In this document: piece after piece, positions 6,921 to 7,665 of the stretch | How the letters are laid out: each line of letters opens with the position of its first letter | Position numbering within the stretch: the first letter of the stretch is position 1 | Source of the DNA: Octopus sinensis | Lineage: Eukaryota | DNA length: 7,665 bases | Direction: 5' to 3' | NCBI RefSeq assembly: GCF_006345805.1 | Contig: NW_021828828.1 | Span: 1-7,665 of the forward strand | Position numbers and translations under genes: made by a program | The notes under the pieces: model-generated | What the model saw: the letters and a program-made list of their open reading frames with translations, nothing else | What the model was told of the DNA's origin: nothing | Database searches by the model: none

Positions 6921-7523
6921 GCGCACTCATGTAACTTAGATATATACTTATTATATGTACAAATTATTTACTTCAACTGGAAAGTCGGTTTCTACAAACG
7001 CTTTGTATGCATGTTTGCATCGATGTAGTGCCGAGAGCGAATGAGCAAGCCTTGTTGTGCTTCAATTCTAAAAGAAAGTCTACGCTAACATAATTGACAC
7101 TGCTCATCCTTGACATACAATACTGCTGACGATCGACTAATTTACCGTATCCTGGATATGAAATTTATAAGAATCAACCTTGAAATAAAATAAACCAAAT
7201 TATAAAAGGAGGATTATCCAAACAAACAAGAAAATAGAAACAAAATATATTCTTAAAAAATGTTCAGATATAATACTGAAATAAAATATCTTCAAATAAA
7301 ATACAGAAACAGTAAAAAAAAAAAATTAAAAAGCATAAAAATACTTTATAAACATTATCCTCAGATTTTTTTTTCTTTCTTTTATAGAAATATTTGTTGT
7401 TGCTGTTACTCTTATTGTTTGCTTAGCTTTATAGATTGTGTGTGAAGATTAACGAAATTGTCTCTGAATTATGTTTACAATACCTACTGTTACTACTCCT
7501 CCTGCTGTTTGGATTTGGAGCTA

Positions 7524-7553
7524 TTGTTATTATTATTATTATTATTATTATTA
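7524..7553. repeat. (TAT)n microsatellite
   Basis: About 9-10 TAT units. Confidence 0.95.
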
Positions 7554-7608
7554 ATTTAATATCGTTAGTGAAGTATTAATTGTAATAGTTGTACCTCCAT
7601 CGCCAAAA

Positions 7609-7627
7609 ACACTACCACCACCACTAT

Positions 7628-7659
<32 letters not shown>

Positions 7660-7661
7660 TT
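7609..7661. repeat. (ACC)n grading into (ACT)n microsatellite
   Basis: ACTACCACCACCACTATTACTACTACTACT... Confidence 0.95.
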
Positions 7662-7665
7662 GCTG

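Noticed and set aside
6971-7093. 40-codon open stretch LQLESRFLQTLCMHVCIDVVPRANEQALLCFNSKRKSTLT
   Set aside because: No recognisable motif or convincing splice boundaries, and the length is expected by chance.
389-7445. All ORFs in the supplied track as protein-coding genes
   Set aside because: They derive from microsatellites (HTYI, YVCM, poly-H/D/M), SINE sequence or T-rich low complexity. None has a recognisable domain or consistent gene structure.
1-7665. CRISPR array, prokaryotic operon or viral genes
   Set aside because: No regularly spaced repeat-spacer units and no dense coding. The window is typical repeat-rich animal non-coding DNA.

Overview
AT-rich eukaryotic DNA with no recognisable protein-coding gene. 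It is dense in di-, tri- and tetranucleotide microsatellites. The SINE sequences resemble tRNA-derived octopus SINEs as I recall them, so the source is probably an Octopus genome (intergenic or intronic); this is inferred and not checked by search. Nearly all track ORFs are microsatellite or low-complexity artefacts. Supported features: a minus-strand tRNA-headed SINE (1-158); two plus-strand copies of a CORE-type SINE, one old (about 265-630) and one well preserved (1640-2086); a lone SINE central-domain fragment (6357-6404); and a ~190 bp MITE-like imperfect inverted repeat at a TA tract (2233-2425). The best second-look items are the MITE-like foldback, a GTCRA-N5-TYGAC hairpin shared by both SINE families, a stop-interrupted LDH/MDH-like reading (KITIVGAGQV), a 19-residue hydrophobic reading, and a speculative plus-strand exon chain. 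I see no convincing evidence of a novel multi-gene system.
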